Positions 11,713 to 22,524 of a stretch of DNA of 64,000 bases are shown piece by piece. The position numbers and the translations under genes were made by a program. Each line of letters starts with the position of its first letter. Position 1 is the stretch's first letter. The notes under the pieces were generated by a model. That model was not told the DNA's origin, searched no databases, and saw only the letters and a program-made list of their open reading frames with translations. Origin of the DNA: Emiliania huxleyi CCMP1516 (taxonomy: Eukaryota); contig NW_005201392.1 in the NCBI RefSeq assembly GCF_000372725.1, positions 785,660 to 849,659 of the forward strand. The letters are read 5' to 3'.

Positions 11713-13605
11713 GTATATGCGGAGCTCTCGATGTGCGGACGGGCCCCTCCGCGTCGAGCGAGAGTCTCGACGTCGACGCACACCGACGTGCACGAGGCCT
11801 AAAGGACCAGCACCAGCGAGGCGACGGAAAACAATCCTCTTGCGAGCCGATGCTTCACTCATGCTTCGGTGTGAATCACGCCCGCTGTGAAAACATTTTG
11901 CGGGGGATTTTTTCGCCAGTCAATAGAGCATGAAAATACCTTTCAGACGGTACCTTTCTGTCCTCCAGAGTCGAAGAACTCGACCGGTGGCTGGCCGCCA
12001 AAGTGGCTGGACGGCGCCGCGGCGCACACTGGTGAGCCGCGGAGCACACCAAGGGAGCTGTCCTCGGCGCAGCCGATCAGCTCCCGCGGCCTGGGTGATG
12101 GCAGTGGCACTCTCTGAGGCTCCCTGATTTTTTCTGGTATTTGTTGAGCACTCTCTGGTCACCATCGCCGGGCGAGCCTGGCTCTCGCTGCACAGCGGCG
12201 CGACCCGCGGTGAGGCTGCCGATCGTCGAACTGGGCTTAGCTCTCAATCAAGATATTGTGCATATGGTCGGTCTCTACAATATCTTGACTGAGCACGACC
12301 GATGAATCGGCAGCACGGAGACAGGAAGGCTCGCTGTGTGAGTCGGCCACGCAGAGGGTCGGAACCTGGGTCGCAAGAGGCTATCACGTCAAAGCGTCCG
12401 AAAAAGTCCTTCTTGAAATTCTTTTCCAAGTACTAGCACGCGCCAGTTCGCACCTGTGTCGAGCCTGTGTGCTGTGAGAGAGAGTTGTTTTGTTTAAATT
12501 CTTTTCCAAGGTTTAGTGTGTGTGAGTGTGTCACTCACTCACTCACCAAGGTTTAGCGATTTAGAATCTCAGCGATTTAGAATCTCACTCACCAATCCAC
12601 CCACCGCCGGTAGTGTGACTGTAGTGTGACTGTTTTCGGCGGTCGGTTCGTTGCGCGGAGCTCTTCCTCGCCCACTCGCGTCACGAGGTTCAGCTCGAAT
12701 GAGGCATGGCCGGGGGGGGCAGCCATCGTAACCACCAATCAAAATCGGCCTGATTTGTCACGCCAAGCCGGGCCAGCCCGCGGTCGGTGCGGCTGGCGTG
12801 CCCCGCGACCCTTAGTAATGAGCACTTGAGCACTGGATAGGGTCGATTCCGCATGGTGCGGACGGGACCCACCCCTCGATCGTTCGTCTCGCCCTCCCTC
12901 ACTGCCTCACTGGTGTGTTCATTGGGGGGGGTCATAACAAACACGGTCATACAGGTAATGGGAGAAAAGAAAGGGAGACGCGGGCGGCTTTGCCATCTGT
13001 CTCTGTTTGTCGGCGCAGGCGATGGGGGCGGCGGCGGGGGACACCGAGTCCGCAGCGGAGCCCGCCACGGCGCCTAACCCCGCGCCCCCCGCGGCGCCGG
13101 CCCCGGCCGCAGCCGTGCAGGCCGCGGCCCCTCCCGCGGCTGCAGCCGCACCGGCTGCGGCAGCGGGCCCGTCGAATGCGACGACGGCCGCCATTAGCGC
13201 CCTCCTCGCCCAGCGCATTGCTTAGTGGTGCGCTCGCCTCCCTCCTGCGCGACGCTCATTCGAGCGCGTTGTCTGTCTTGGCGCGCGCGCAGCGCGCGAA
13301 GAGGTGTGAAGAGGGGGGTCGTGTCCGGTGTGAAGGGTAACCCACCAGGGTATCAGCCTATCCTCTAGGGGCCCAATGCGGGTCCTCTCAAGAGGGTATC
13401 AGGGTATAGCCCTGGGGTATGATCTTGCATACAATGATACTATACCAGGCTGAAGTGTCGAATCCAGGCTCTCTCCTTGTTGAGACACGTGGCAACGGTG
13501 AACGAGCAAGCGTTGCGACCTGTCCGGCGGTGGAGGTGGCGACGGGCGAGGCGACCACGCTCGCGTGGGCGCCGACGATCGTCAACTCGAGGTGACGCCA
13601 CCGAC

Positions 13606-14439
13606 ATGAGCGTGCGCAACCCGGTGGTGCCGCATGCGGCGCTCGAGAGCGGCGCCGTCGCGCCGCGCTGCATGACCTACGGCAGGGGCTTCCGCCCGCC
13701 AGACATGATGGACTGCACGCCCGGCCACCTCCACGGCTGCACGACGCCGCCCGCGAAGACCCGGTCCGGCGTCGAGTCGGTCGGGCAGACTGGCGGCTGG
13801 AAGCTGGACCCGGGCAAGCCGTACCTGCTCGATCTGGGACTCGCGAGGGCGATCGCGGCGGTCGCGCACCGGCACACGCTCGTCGAGCTCGGCGCCGGCC
13901 TCGGCTGCTACTCGCTCATGCTGGCGCACTGTGGCGTCCACGTGCTGGCCGCGATCGACGGCGCCGAAAAGGTGAACGAGCTGTCGGGCGGCGTGGTCAC
14001 GCGCGCCGACCTGACGCAGCCCATGCGGTCTGCGGCCGACTGGGTGATGACGCTGGAGACGGGCGAGCACATCCCGTCGTTCCTCGAGTCGGTCTTCCTG
14101 AACAACACGGCCGACAACGCCCACTGCGGCGTCGTCCTCTCGTGGGCCTTCCCCGGCCAGCCCGGCATCGGCCACGTCAACACGCGGCCGCAGGGCTACG
14201 TGGTGGCGCAGATGGCGTCCCGTGGGTTTAAGGTCGACGCGAATCACACGCAGCGCCTCCGCCGCGCGGCGTCGCTTTGGTTCCTGCAGCGAAACGTTCT
14301 GGTCTTCACGAGGATCGCGCCGAGCGCACGCGGCAGAGCGTGCCAGCCGCCCGACTTCTCGCTGAGCGACGCCGAGGTGAACCGGATATGCGAGACCAGG
14401 CACACGAAACACAGGTCAGCAACACGTGAGATCACATGA
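13606..14439 (+). CDS. Class I SAM-dependent methyltransferase
   Basis: Motif I LVELGAGLGCY, AIDG, DWVMTLETGEHIP, and GVVLSWAFPGQPGIGHVN. The start codon is uncertain. Confidence 0.8.
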   Translation: MSVRNPVVPHAALESGAVAPRCMTYGRGFRPPDMMDCTPGHLHGCTTPPAKTRSGVESVGQTGGWKLDPGKPYLLDLGLARAIAAVAHRHTLVELGAGLGCYSLMLAHCGVHVLAAIDGAEKVNELSGGVVTRADLTQPMRSAADWVMTLETGEHIPSFLESVFLNNTADNAHCGVVLSWAFPGQPGIGHVNTRPQGYVVAQMASRGFKVDANHTQRLRRAASLWFLQRNVLVFTRIAPSARGRACQPPDFSLSDAEVNRICETRHTKHRSATREIT

Positions 14440-14885
14440 CTTCATGAGAGACGCGCGACCGACCCGTCGCGGACACGAGGTCGCCCGTATTACACAGTAA
14501 CAGTATCGGCTAACCCGATCCTCACAAGACGCGACAGGGGAGAGATCGTTCATGTATGTGAATTCACATGAAAGATTTTTACATGTGAAAGTGAACGGGT
14601 CGCGAACCCTGGAGGGCGGGCATGAGTAGCAGCGCCCCGCGCGCCTTGTGATCACTCGCCGCTTGGGGCACGGATGCCGCTTGGCACACCCACCGCACCA
14701 CCCCAGGCCCCAACGACTTTTTTTTGCGCGATGCGGGTGAGTGTACGTAGTGCATACGAGTGTAGGTTTGCCTTTGGTATTGCATTCTCTCTCTCTCTCT
14801 CTCCCTCCCTCCCTCTCCCTCCAGTAAGAGCCGTGTAACACTAACAGAGGCTAACAGCTATACGGCGTATTTGTGCGTGACAGAA

Positions 14886-17800
14886 CTAAAGCAAAGACTG
14901 AAAGTGACGCAGCCTCCTCTCCCGCGTCTCTTCCGTCGCCAGAGGCCGCTTGCGCTCTCCAACTGGCCGCGCCCCCGCCGCGCCATCCATGAGGGAGTCG
15001 CGGACCGCACGTGCGATCGCCTCCTCCTCGCTCTCTGCCAGCGACGCTCGCAAGGCCGTGGCCAGCTGCTGATCTTCCCGCCGCGCCAAATCTCCACCGT
15101 GGGATGCCTCGCCCTCGTCGCCGCGGCCACCCAGCAAGCCTTGCACACCCGCACCCGTCGAGAACTGCTTAGCCGCCTCCACCAGCATCTCCTCCATCTC
15201 CTCGAGCTCCGTCTCCTGCTGTGCCGCCTCTGTCCGTGCCCAGCGTCTTTGGCGCACGTCCGGCGGGATCTTGTCCTCCCAGTCGGGGTCGCCCTGCATC
15301 CGCGCCACCGCCGCCTCCAGCATCGCAAACGAGTCCTCCGCCGCCTCCACCTCCTCCTCCGCGTAAGCGTGGGGCTCCATGGCGTCGAAGGGCAGCGGCC
15401 AGCTGTCGAAGGACATGCTGAGGCGCGCCTACCGCAATCGGTGCACGCGTGGCGTGGCTGCTGGCGTTGCATGGCCAGGGTGGATCGCTGCTAGCGTGCC
15501 TCCTCGCGTGCCGTGCCGCGCGGGACCGTCAGAACCACGCCGATCTCCCAGCTCGACATCTGAATCATCTCGGCATCGCCCGCGCTCGGCCGCGACGGGT
15601 CGCCCCAAGCAGTGGGAGAGAAGTTGTGGGACCCCACGTACGCCCAGCCGAAAGACGGTTGCGGCGGTGAGGAGGAGTTTGCGGAGGTGGCGGCGCTGGT
15701 GGAGCGCTCCTTGCGATAGAGCGCCACGACGATTTTGGAGTGAGCGCGAGTCACGCGTCGGGCGAGGCTGGGCGCTGTCGACTTCTCCTACAGGACACGC
15801 CGCCGGGCATGTCACAAAACACGCCCCGCAAAAGCGCCGGCCCCTGCACAGCCACCCTCTCCTCGGCGACCCGCCGATGGACGCCGCGGCCTCGCCCGAT
15901 GTCGAGGTCGGCGAGCAACGGCGGCGCGCCGGCTGCGACGCGAGTGGCATGCAGCGCCGTGAACGCCTTAAACGCTTTGGCGTTGTTCATCAGCGCGCCG
16001 GCCGCGTGGCCTAAGCTCGGTGCAATCTCGGGTGCTCTCGAGTGATCTCAATGTCCTCCCGATCGGGGCTGTGCGTGGCCTGTGGGCAGCACGAGCGTCG
16101 GCGTGCACGCGCCTGGCTGCACCGCCGGCCGCAGCGTTTCCTTGAGCTCATTCGCCGTGGGCGGCTTCTCCGCTCCCTCGGGCATGGGCAGACCGTGCGC
16201 CCGCACCGCCTCGACGCAACGAGCCTTCGGCCACTCGCTCGCGTCGTTGACGCAAGCGCCGAGCGTCGGCCGCAGCACGTCGCGCAAGGCGTGTACAGGA
16301 GGCTCTTTGTGGCCGCCAGCCGGAAGAGGCACCCCTCGTGCCTCGAGCGCGGCGACGAGCTGCCCGCGGCTCCAGCTGTCAATGTCGACCTTGAGCGAGG
16401 GGCGAGGGGTGAGGGGCGAGGGGTGAGGGGCGAGGGGTGAGGGGCGAGGGGTGAGGGGTGAGGGGCGAGGGGCGAGGGGCGAGGGGCGAGGGGTGGAAGT
16501 GTGGCGGCACCGTGTCGTCGACCGCCGACGCGAAGGAGTGGAAGAAAGAGGGGGAGTGCCCGAGCGATGCAGAGTAGGACACGAACGCAACTCGCTCTGC
16601 GAGTGGCCATGGCCCGCTGGCCCTCAGCACCTCGCGCAAGCGGCCGACGCCGAAGTTGCAGCGCAGCGCGGCGGCAAGGTCGAGCCACGCGCTGGTCGGC
16701 ACACCCGACGCTCCGGGCTCGCGGTGCTTCCGGCTGACGGAGAGGTCGACATAGACAGACGCGCCCTGCAGCACGGATGGCAGCTCGACCCTCCCCTTCT
16801 CCAGCGGCAGTTGCGGCTGCACGGCACTGCCCACTCCCGTCGTGGCCTGCCGCTCCCGGAAGACAACCTCGACGCGGACGGCGACCCGGACCTCTCCTGC
16901 CGCCCACAGCTCGCGCAGCCCCGCCGCGTCGCGCCGCGCGAGCCGGCCGATATATTTAGGGCCCACGCCGCAGGCCGGCCCTCCGGCGCCGCCCTGGCTT
17001 GGGCGCCACCGGACCCTGAATGCGTTTGCGTCATAGGCGTTGGCGTCCTCCGCCTCGATCTCGAACAGAGCGCGAGGACCGCCGCCCGGCGCAACCAGAG
17101 GGTCGTTCTCCAGCCTGTACGGCCCCACCCCTAACTGGTAGGCACCGCGGCACGCGGCGACGAGCGAGGCCAAATTGCCCGCCATGGCCTCGTCGTACTC
17201 CCAGCACATCAGCCGGCCGCCGAGCCGGCCGAGGCGGCCGCCGCCTCCGCCGCGGTCGCCGCCGCCACTGCCCCCGCCGCCCCCGCCGCCGCTGCCCCCG
17301 CCGCCGCTGCTGCCGCTGCTGCCGCCGCAGCCGCCGCTGTCGCCGCCGCCCCTGCCGCCGCTGTCGCCGCCGCCACTGCCCCCGCCGCCGCCCCCGCTAC
17401 TGCCGCCGCCGCTGCCACCGACGGTGCGGCGGAGCGGGTGCATGCCGGGCATCGAGAGGACGAGGAGGACGCCGGGCGGGACGAGGGAGAGGTCGTACCT
17501 AAGCAGGAAAGTTGCGGGAAGAGTCCGAGAGAGGAAGGTGGCTGAGGGAGGGGCGGTGATCTCAGCTGCTCTCGGCTGCTCTCGGCTGCTCTCGGCTGCT
17601 CTCGGCTGCTCTCGGGTGATCGCGTGTGATCTCGGCAGTGCTGCGGAGAGTGGGAGGGCGGCGCGCACGTGGCGAGCATGTCCGCCCAGTCGAGCAGCCG
17701 CGCCGCCGCCGCCCCGTCCCCCTCTCGGTGCAGCGCCTCCACCGCCGGCTCCGCCATCGCACGCAAGCACTTGTGCAGCACGGAGCCGAAGCGCCAGCCA

Positions 17801-18944
17801 ACGGCGGAGCAGGGTAGGACGAGGTCGGGCCGGGGTGTGTGGAGGAGGTCGAGGGGCGGTGAGCGCCAGACGACGTCGCCTTTCGGGCGGGCGGGACAGG
17901 CTGATGATGGTGGGGAGGAGGGGGAGGGGGGGGGGGGGGCGACGGTGACCTCGCCTACGCTTCCCCTCTCCGAGAGGATGTTGTCGATGTTGCACGACAT
18001 GATGTGCGTGCGGAGGTGTGCCCCTGCGACGCCGCCCTCAGCCGCCCCGCTCGCGGCCTGCACAAGCGAACGAATTCACTGATCGATGACTGAATTCACT
18101 GAGTGAATGAATCAATCACCTGCGCGTGCCGCACGAGCAGCAACTTGGTGTGCTGGATCGAGTGCTTGGCACGGCCCTGCAGCAGCGGGGGGCGAAGACG
18201 CGTCGGTCTGGTCATGTGCAGGTAGGAGTGAGTAGCAACTCCTCACGCCTTGGCGGGCGCGCGCTCCGGCTCGTCGCCTGCGAGGGGCGGGTAGAGGACG
18301 GCGCACCGCACGCGAAAGGCGGTCTTGCCGTCCTCGCTCGCCGCCGGGCACGCCACGTAGTGCGGGTTGTTGGCGAAGCCTTCGCTCGCGCCGACTGGGC
18401 CGTCCCTGCTGGCGCCGACGCCGTCCGTGTTGCGCCAGTCAGACACGAGGAGGACCTCCTCGAGGCGCGGGCAGGTGGCCTCGAGCCTCCGCCGCAGCTC
18501 GTCCAGCTGGCTGCGAGCGTGCCCAAACGACGACAGCAGCACGTGCGTCACAGACTCGGCCGGCTCGATCATCTCGCGAAACGAAATCGCCCACGGCCGC
18601 TCCGGTTCGGTCGCGTGGTCGCGAAGCTGGCAAAAGGAGGGCGGCGGCTGCGGCGAGTCCTCCGTGAGGTCGATGGAGGCGCCGACAGAAGCGTCCACTC
18701 TGGGCAAGTCCTCCGTGAGGTCGATGGAGGCGCCGATAGAAACCTCCACTCTGGCCGGCACAATGCTGTTAAGCGGGAGCAGGTTCTCTGGCTTGAACGT
18801 CGCTCGCCCGCGCTCGCCGCCGGGGAATGTCACGACATATCGCTGCTTCAGACTCTGGTACTTGACCACTTTCACCGTGACGCCGTTGAGGAGCGGCTGA
18901 GATTGCAGCCCAGCCAACCGGGCAATGCTGCCCTCCTGCAGCAT
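14886..18944 (-). CDS. TDP1: Tyrosyl-DNA phosphodiesterase 1-like protein (PLD superfamily) with a HIRAN-like insert, SAP-like helices, SIM-like and UIM-like motifs (multi-exon)
   Basis: First HxK motif IQHTKLLLVR (about 18130-18160), second AHSKIVV (about 15730-15750), GWAYVGSHNFSPTAWG...SSWEIGVVL and WPLPFD, all matching TDP1. Exon boundaries only partly resolved. Confidence 0.8.
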
Positions 18945-20388
18945 GTGGACGAAGTCAGGGCCGGCCGAGGAGGGGTCGGGACTCAGGAGCCGGCCGAGGA
19001 GGGGTCGGGACTCAGGAGCCGGCCGCGCAGGAAGTTGAGGGAGTTTTCTTTTTTTGACATTTTAACTAAAAAACAAAAACGCCAGTTATTCCGGCCGCGG
19101 CGGTTTTTCGTTCACGTATCACTATCAGTTCGCCTCGGAGAGCGCGCGGATCGAGAGCGAGCCCAGGCCGGCCTAGGCCCGGAGCTGAGGCGACGCCCCC
19201 CACAGCGCACAGGCCCCACCGCCGTATAGTGCCGGCGCACACCCGCACACACCGACGCGAGAGCACCCGCCGAGCGGGTGGACTGTTTTTATGTATGTAA
19301 ATTATTTATTTACGATTAGACACACGCACCTGGCTCCTGGGAAACGGCGAGAATCGCAGCAACCAGCATGCAGTTCAGCGCGGAAGGGGGGGGGGGGGGG
19401 GGCGACGTCCCGACACGGCAGGTTGGAGCTGACCCCGGGAGAGAGAGAGAGAGAACAGCGACGGCAGCCCCCAATGACCGTAGACAGACATGACGAGCCG
19501 ACAGCGATGCAGCGGCAGCGAAGGCGGCGAGGAGGGCCCGCGCTGCAGAGCTCCGCCGGGCGGCAGCAGAGACATCGGCGGACGGGGGAGCACGCGGGAC
19601 ACGTCGGCATAGGAGCCAGGGGGGTGGGCTGGGAGAGTTGAGTCAGATGCAACAGCACCGTCTCGGCAGCGAGGCCCATGATGGCGACGGCGGCGGCGGC
19701 GGCGAGACGGCGGCGAGGGTGGCGACGGTCACGATGAGGGTGGCTGTTGAGGAAACGGTACTAATATATGGTTTAAGTTATGCCTAGAAGCATGCGCGCG
19801 GTGTGTGCAGACCGCCTGCTGCGGTGCGTCGTAACATTTAGCGCCGGGTGTGACGACCCGAGAGTGTGGTGTCTAGGTGTCGAGCGGTGTGGCGTGTGGT
19901 TCACCGCTGCCCCTCAGGGAGGAGATCATCCACCTCTGCTATAGCACGTGTTCTTTTCGTACTGAGTGCATAGCTCCTACCCCTCTCGCCACAGTCAGAC
20001 GAGAGGCGAGAGGCACAGCCACAAAAACCACTACGCGCTCCCGGCCTTCTCTGTTCTTTGAGACTCCTACTCTCCCTACATACATCTACACGGTATCCGC
20101 TCTACCAGATAGAAGGGACAGGACGGGTCGCGGGTACGGGTGTAAGGAAAGCGTTGAGCGATGCCGACGGTCGGAGATTGCCTTGTGTGAGTTGATCGCA
20201 CTTGAGGACTCGTTGAGAGAGAGCCGCACGGCATGTACTTTTTACTTCTCTGTTTTATCACATACACAAGTGTGTAAACTCACTCAACGCAGTAGCTAAA
20301 AATGGAGCTCTTACGTAATTGCACACTCACTATGTGCACCAATGAACAGGGCGAGAGAGCGTGTCCTGCGACAGCTTTTGTCGGGTGC

Positions 20389-21639
20389 CTAGGCTCTCTC
20401 AAACATGGCTCCGCAGCCATCGGGTGGGTCATTGCTGAGCTTGACCCTGATGTTCCTTGCTGAGACGGTGCATGACTGTGCCGTCGACTTTGACGGACAA
20501 CCCCCCGGGCCGTATTGCCCAGGGACAGCTGCCCAGATGTCGCTCCGGAGCTGGAACTTGCACTCACCCTGCACGCATCCGACTGTGCTGTACCAGTCGC
20601 TGTACGTTGTGGAGGACACGTACTCCTCACACGTGCCCTTCGATGTCTGATCGCACACACCCATCGTGGCCTTGCCGCTGCTGCCGAGAGTTTGATCGAC
20701 AGTGAGCGTGTAGTGGAGCTGCATGCCCGTCGCCGGGTACTGCTGTTGAAAGCAAATCGAGTCGCCGTGCTGGTTCGGGGCACAGGTGTTTTCTCCGAGG
20801 CTAGTCGCCACAGTGTTTTTGCCGCCGTTCATGCACGTTTCGACGAAATCAATCTCGCCAGACGCGCCTTGATTGCAAATTGGTTCGGACCCCCTGTTGT
20901 CGCACCAATTTGGCGGGGTCGGGGTGATCCACAGCGGGGCAACCCACGTTTCATCGCAGTCGTCGATCGCAATGTCCGCCTCGATCGAAACGAGTTCCTT
21001 GAGCGGGAAATCGCAGCTCCTCACCGCCTCGCACGCTGGTTGATCGCCCTTTGCTAGCACGATTGAGGTGGGATCGCCGGAGCACTGTTGGTATGTCGAT
21101 GGGTTGGGAGTTGGCACCTGGCAGTTGTTGTGCACCTCGCCGTCCTCCAATGGCTTCCAAGCAGAGGTGAGCTGGTTGAATGGCTCAATGTTGCCCTCGC
21201 AGAGCTCCACCGATGGGGAAGGCGAGGGCGAGGGCGAGGGTGAGGGCTCCATGCAGTAGCACGAGGACGAGATTTGGTAGTTCTTTTCAAGTCCGGGGCA
21301 GCACTCGTCGCCCTCGATGTTGCACGTTCCCAACTTCGGAATGCAATGGGGCGGTTCGGGTCCGTGCTCCATGCTGCACACGGCAAGGTTAGGGCCGATG
21401 CACTGCTCTTCGTTGTCACCGCTGCAGACGTCGTTGTGGATGTTGTAGCAGCACTTCCCTTCTTCGAACTGCGCGTCGGGACAGGTGCTGCACGTGCTCG
21501 GGCAGGCAGGCAGAGCAACGCCCGCCGAGGAGTCGAGATCGACCACACGGTTCTCCTGCCCGTCAGGTACGATGATGGGCAGAGCATTTGCGACCCCAGC
21601 GCCGACGGCGATCAGCATCAGCTTTGAGAAGACCGGCAT
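20389..21639 (-). CDS. Secreted Cys-rich protein with an (SP)n linker and a GH16-like glycoside hydrolase domain, intronless
   Basis: Signal peptide MPVFSKLMLIAVGAGVANA, Cys-rich modules, PSPSPSPSPSPS linker, then WVAPLW...SGEIDFVE (GH16 E.D..E catalytic pattern). Confidence 0.65.
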   Translation of the reverse strand: MPVFSKLMLIAVGAGVANALPIIVPDGQENRVVDLDSSAGVALPACPSTCSTCPDAQFEEGKCCYNIHNDVCSGDNEEQCIGPNLAVCSMEHGPEPPHCIPKLGTCNIEGDECCPGLEKNYQISSSCYCMEPSPSPSPSPSPSVELCEGNIEPFNQLTSAWKPLEDGEVHNNCQVPTPNPSTYQQCSGDPTSIVLAKGDQPACEAVRSCDFPLKELVSIEADIAIDDCDETWVAPLWITPTPPNWCDNRGSEPICNQGASGEIDFVETCMNGGKNTVATSLGENTCAPNQHGDSICFQQQYPATGMQLHYTLTVDQTLGSSGKATMGVCDQTSKGTCEEYVSSTTYSDWYSTVGCVQGECKFQLRSDIWAAVPGQYGPGGCPSKSTAQSCTVSARNIRVKLSNDPPDGCGAMFERA

Positions 21640-22524
21640 GGTTAGATCCTGCGGAGACAGTGAGAGACACGGTGAGGCAGGCGCGATCGATGGTGACGGA
21701 GGGCGCATGCGGCATGGTGGCAGACAAGGCAGACGACGCGGCGTGGCAGGGACAGTGGGAGGCGAGGCGCGCGCTGGCGGAGAAGGGCGCGCAGTGGCGG
21801 TCAGTGGCAGACGGCGTGGCGTGGCAGGGCCTGGGCTGGCAGCTCACGATGGATGTGCGATGTGAGAGGTCCTGCCGATTTTCAGCGGCTCCTTGCAGGT
21901 CGCAGTTTCGTACGTCCGAGCAAGTCCAGGATTCAAAGGAGGCGTTGTGTAAGGTGCCTATATCGGCTTCCAGTATCGGACCTTCAAGACATGCGCTTTT
22001 GGCCGGTGGCCTCCTCTTTTCTTTCATAGTCGTCATTCATAGTCATGAACGCTGATGTTGCTGGCAAGACAGAGAAGCTCGGACAACATCACAGCGGCGA
22101 CACCAACCGCGCCCCCAACCGCCCCCGTGTCGCGTGTGTCAACGTGTCAAGCCGGTGTCCAGGGATAGAGACGTGTCGTCGAGGGAGGGGTGTGTCGAGA
22201 GTGGTGTCTAGTGTCGAGCGGTGTGGTTGCTGGTTCACCGCCCTGGGGTGGGTCGTTTTTTTTGTGGTGCACGGGGTGCTGACGCCACGGATCGTCTTCA
22301 CGATAATGACCTTTGTGTATTTTGTGTCACAATGTGAATTCGCGCGGCTTTCAATCGTAGTGTCTGTGCTAGTCGAACACCCCCCCCCCCCTCGGTCGAC
22401 CCCTCGTTCACCAAAACTCTCCGCGACGCACGTCAGGGCGAACAGGCATGCTGCCTGCGTAAGTGCGTTCATGGTTGCCCCGCGCCCGCGCTTTCCCCCC
22501 TGGGATGAGGCTCAGGCTAGCGCG

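Noticed and set aside
13007..13225. Ala/Pro-rich small ORF as a gene
   Set aside because: Low complexity with no domain and no supportable gene structure.
17175..17948. Polyproline/extensin-like ORF (similarly 46225-47157 and 24040-25008)
   Set aside because: These arise from the antisense of a Gly-rich linker or from intronic minisatellites.
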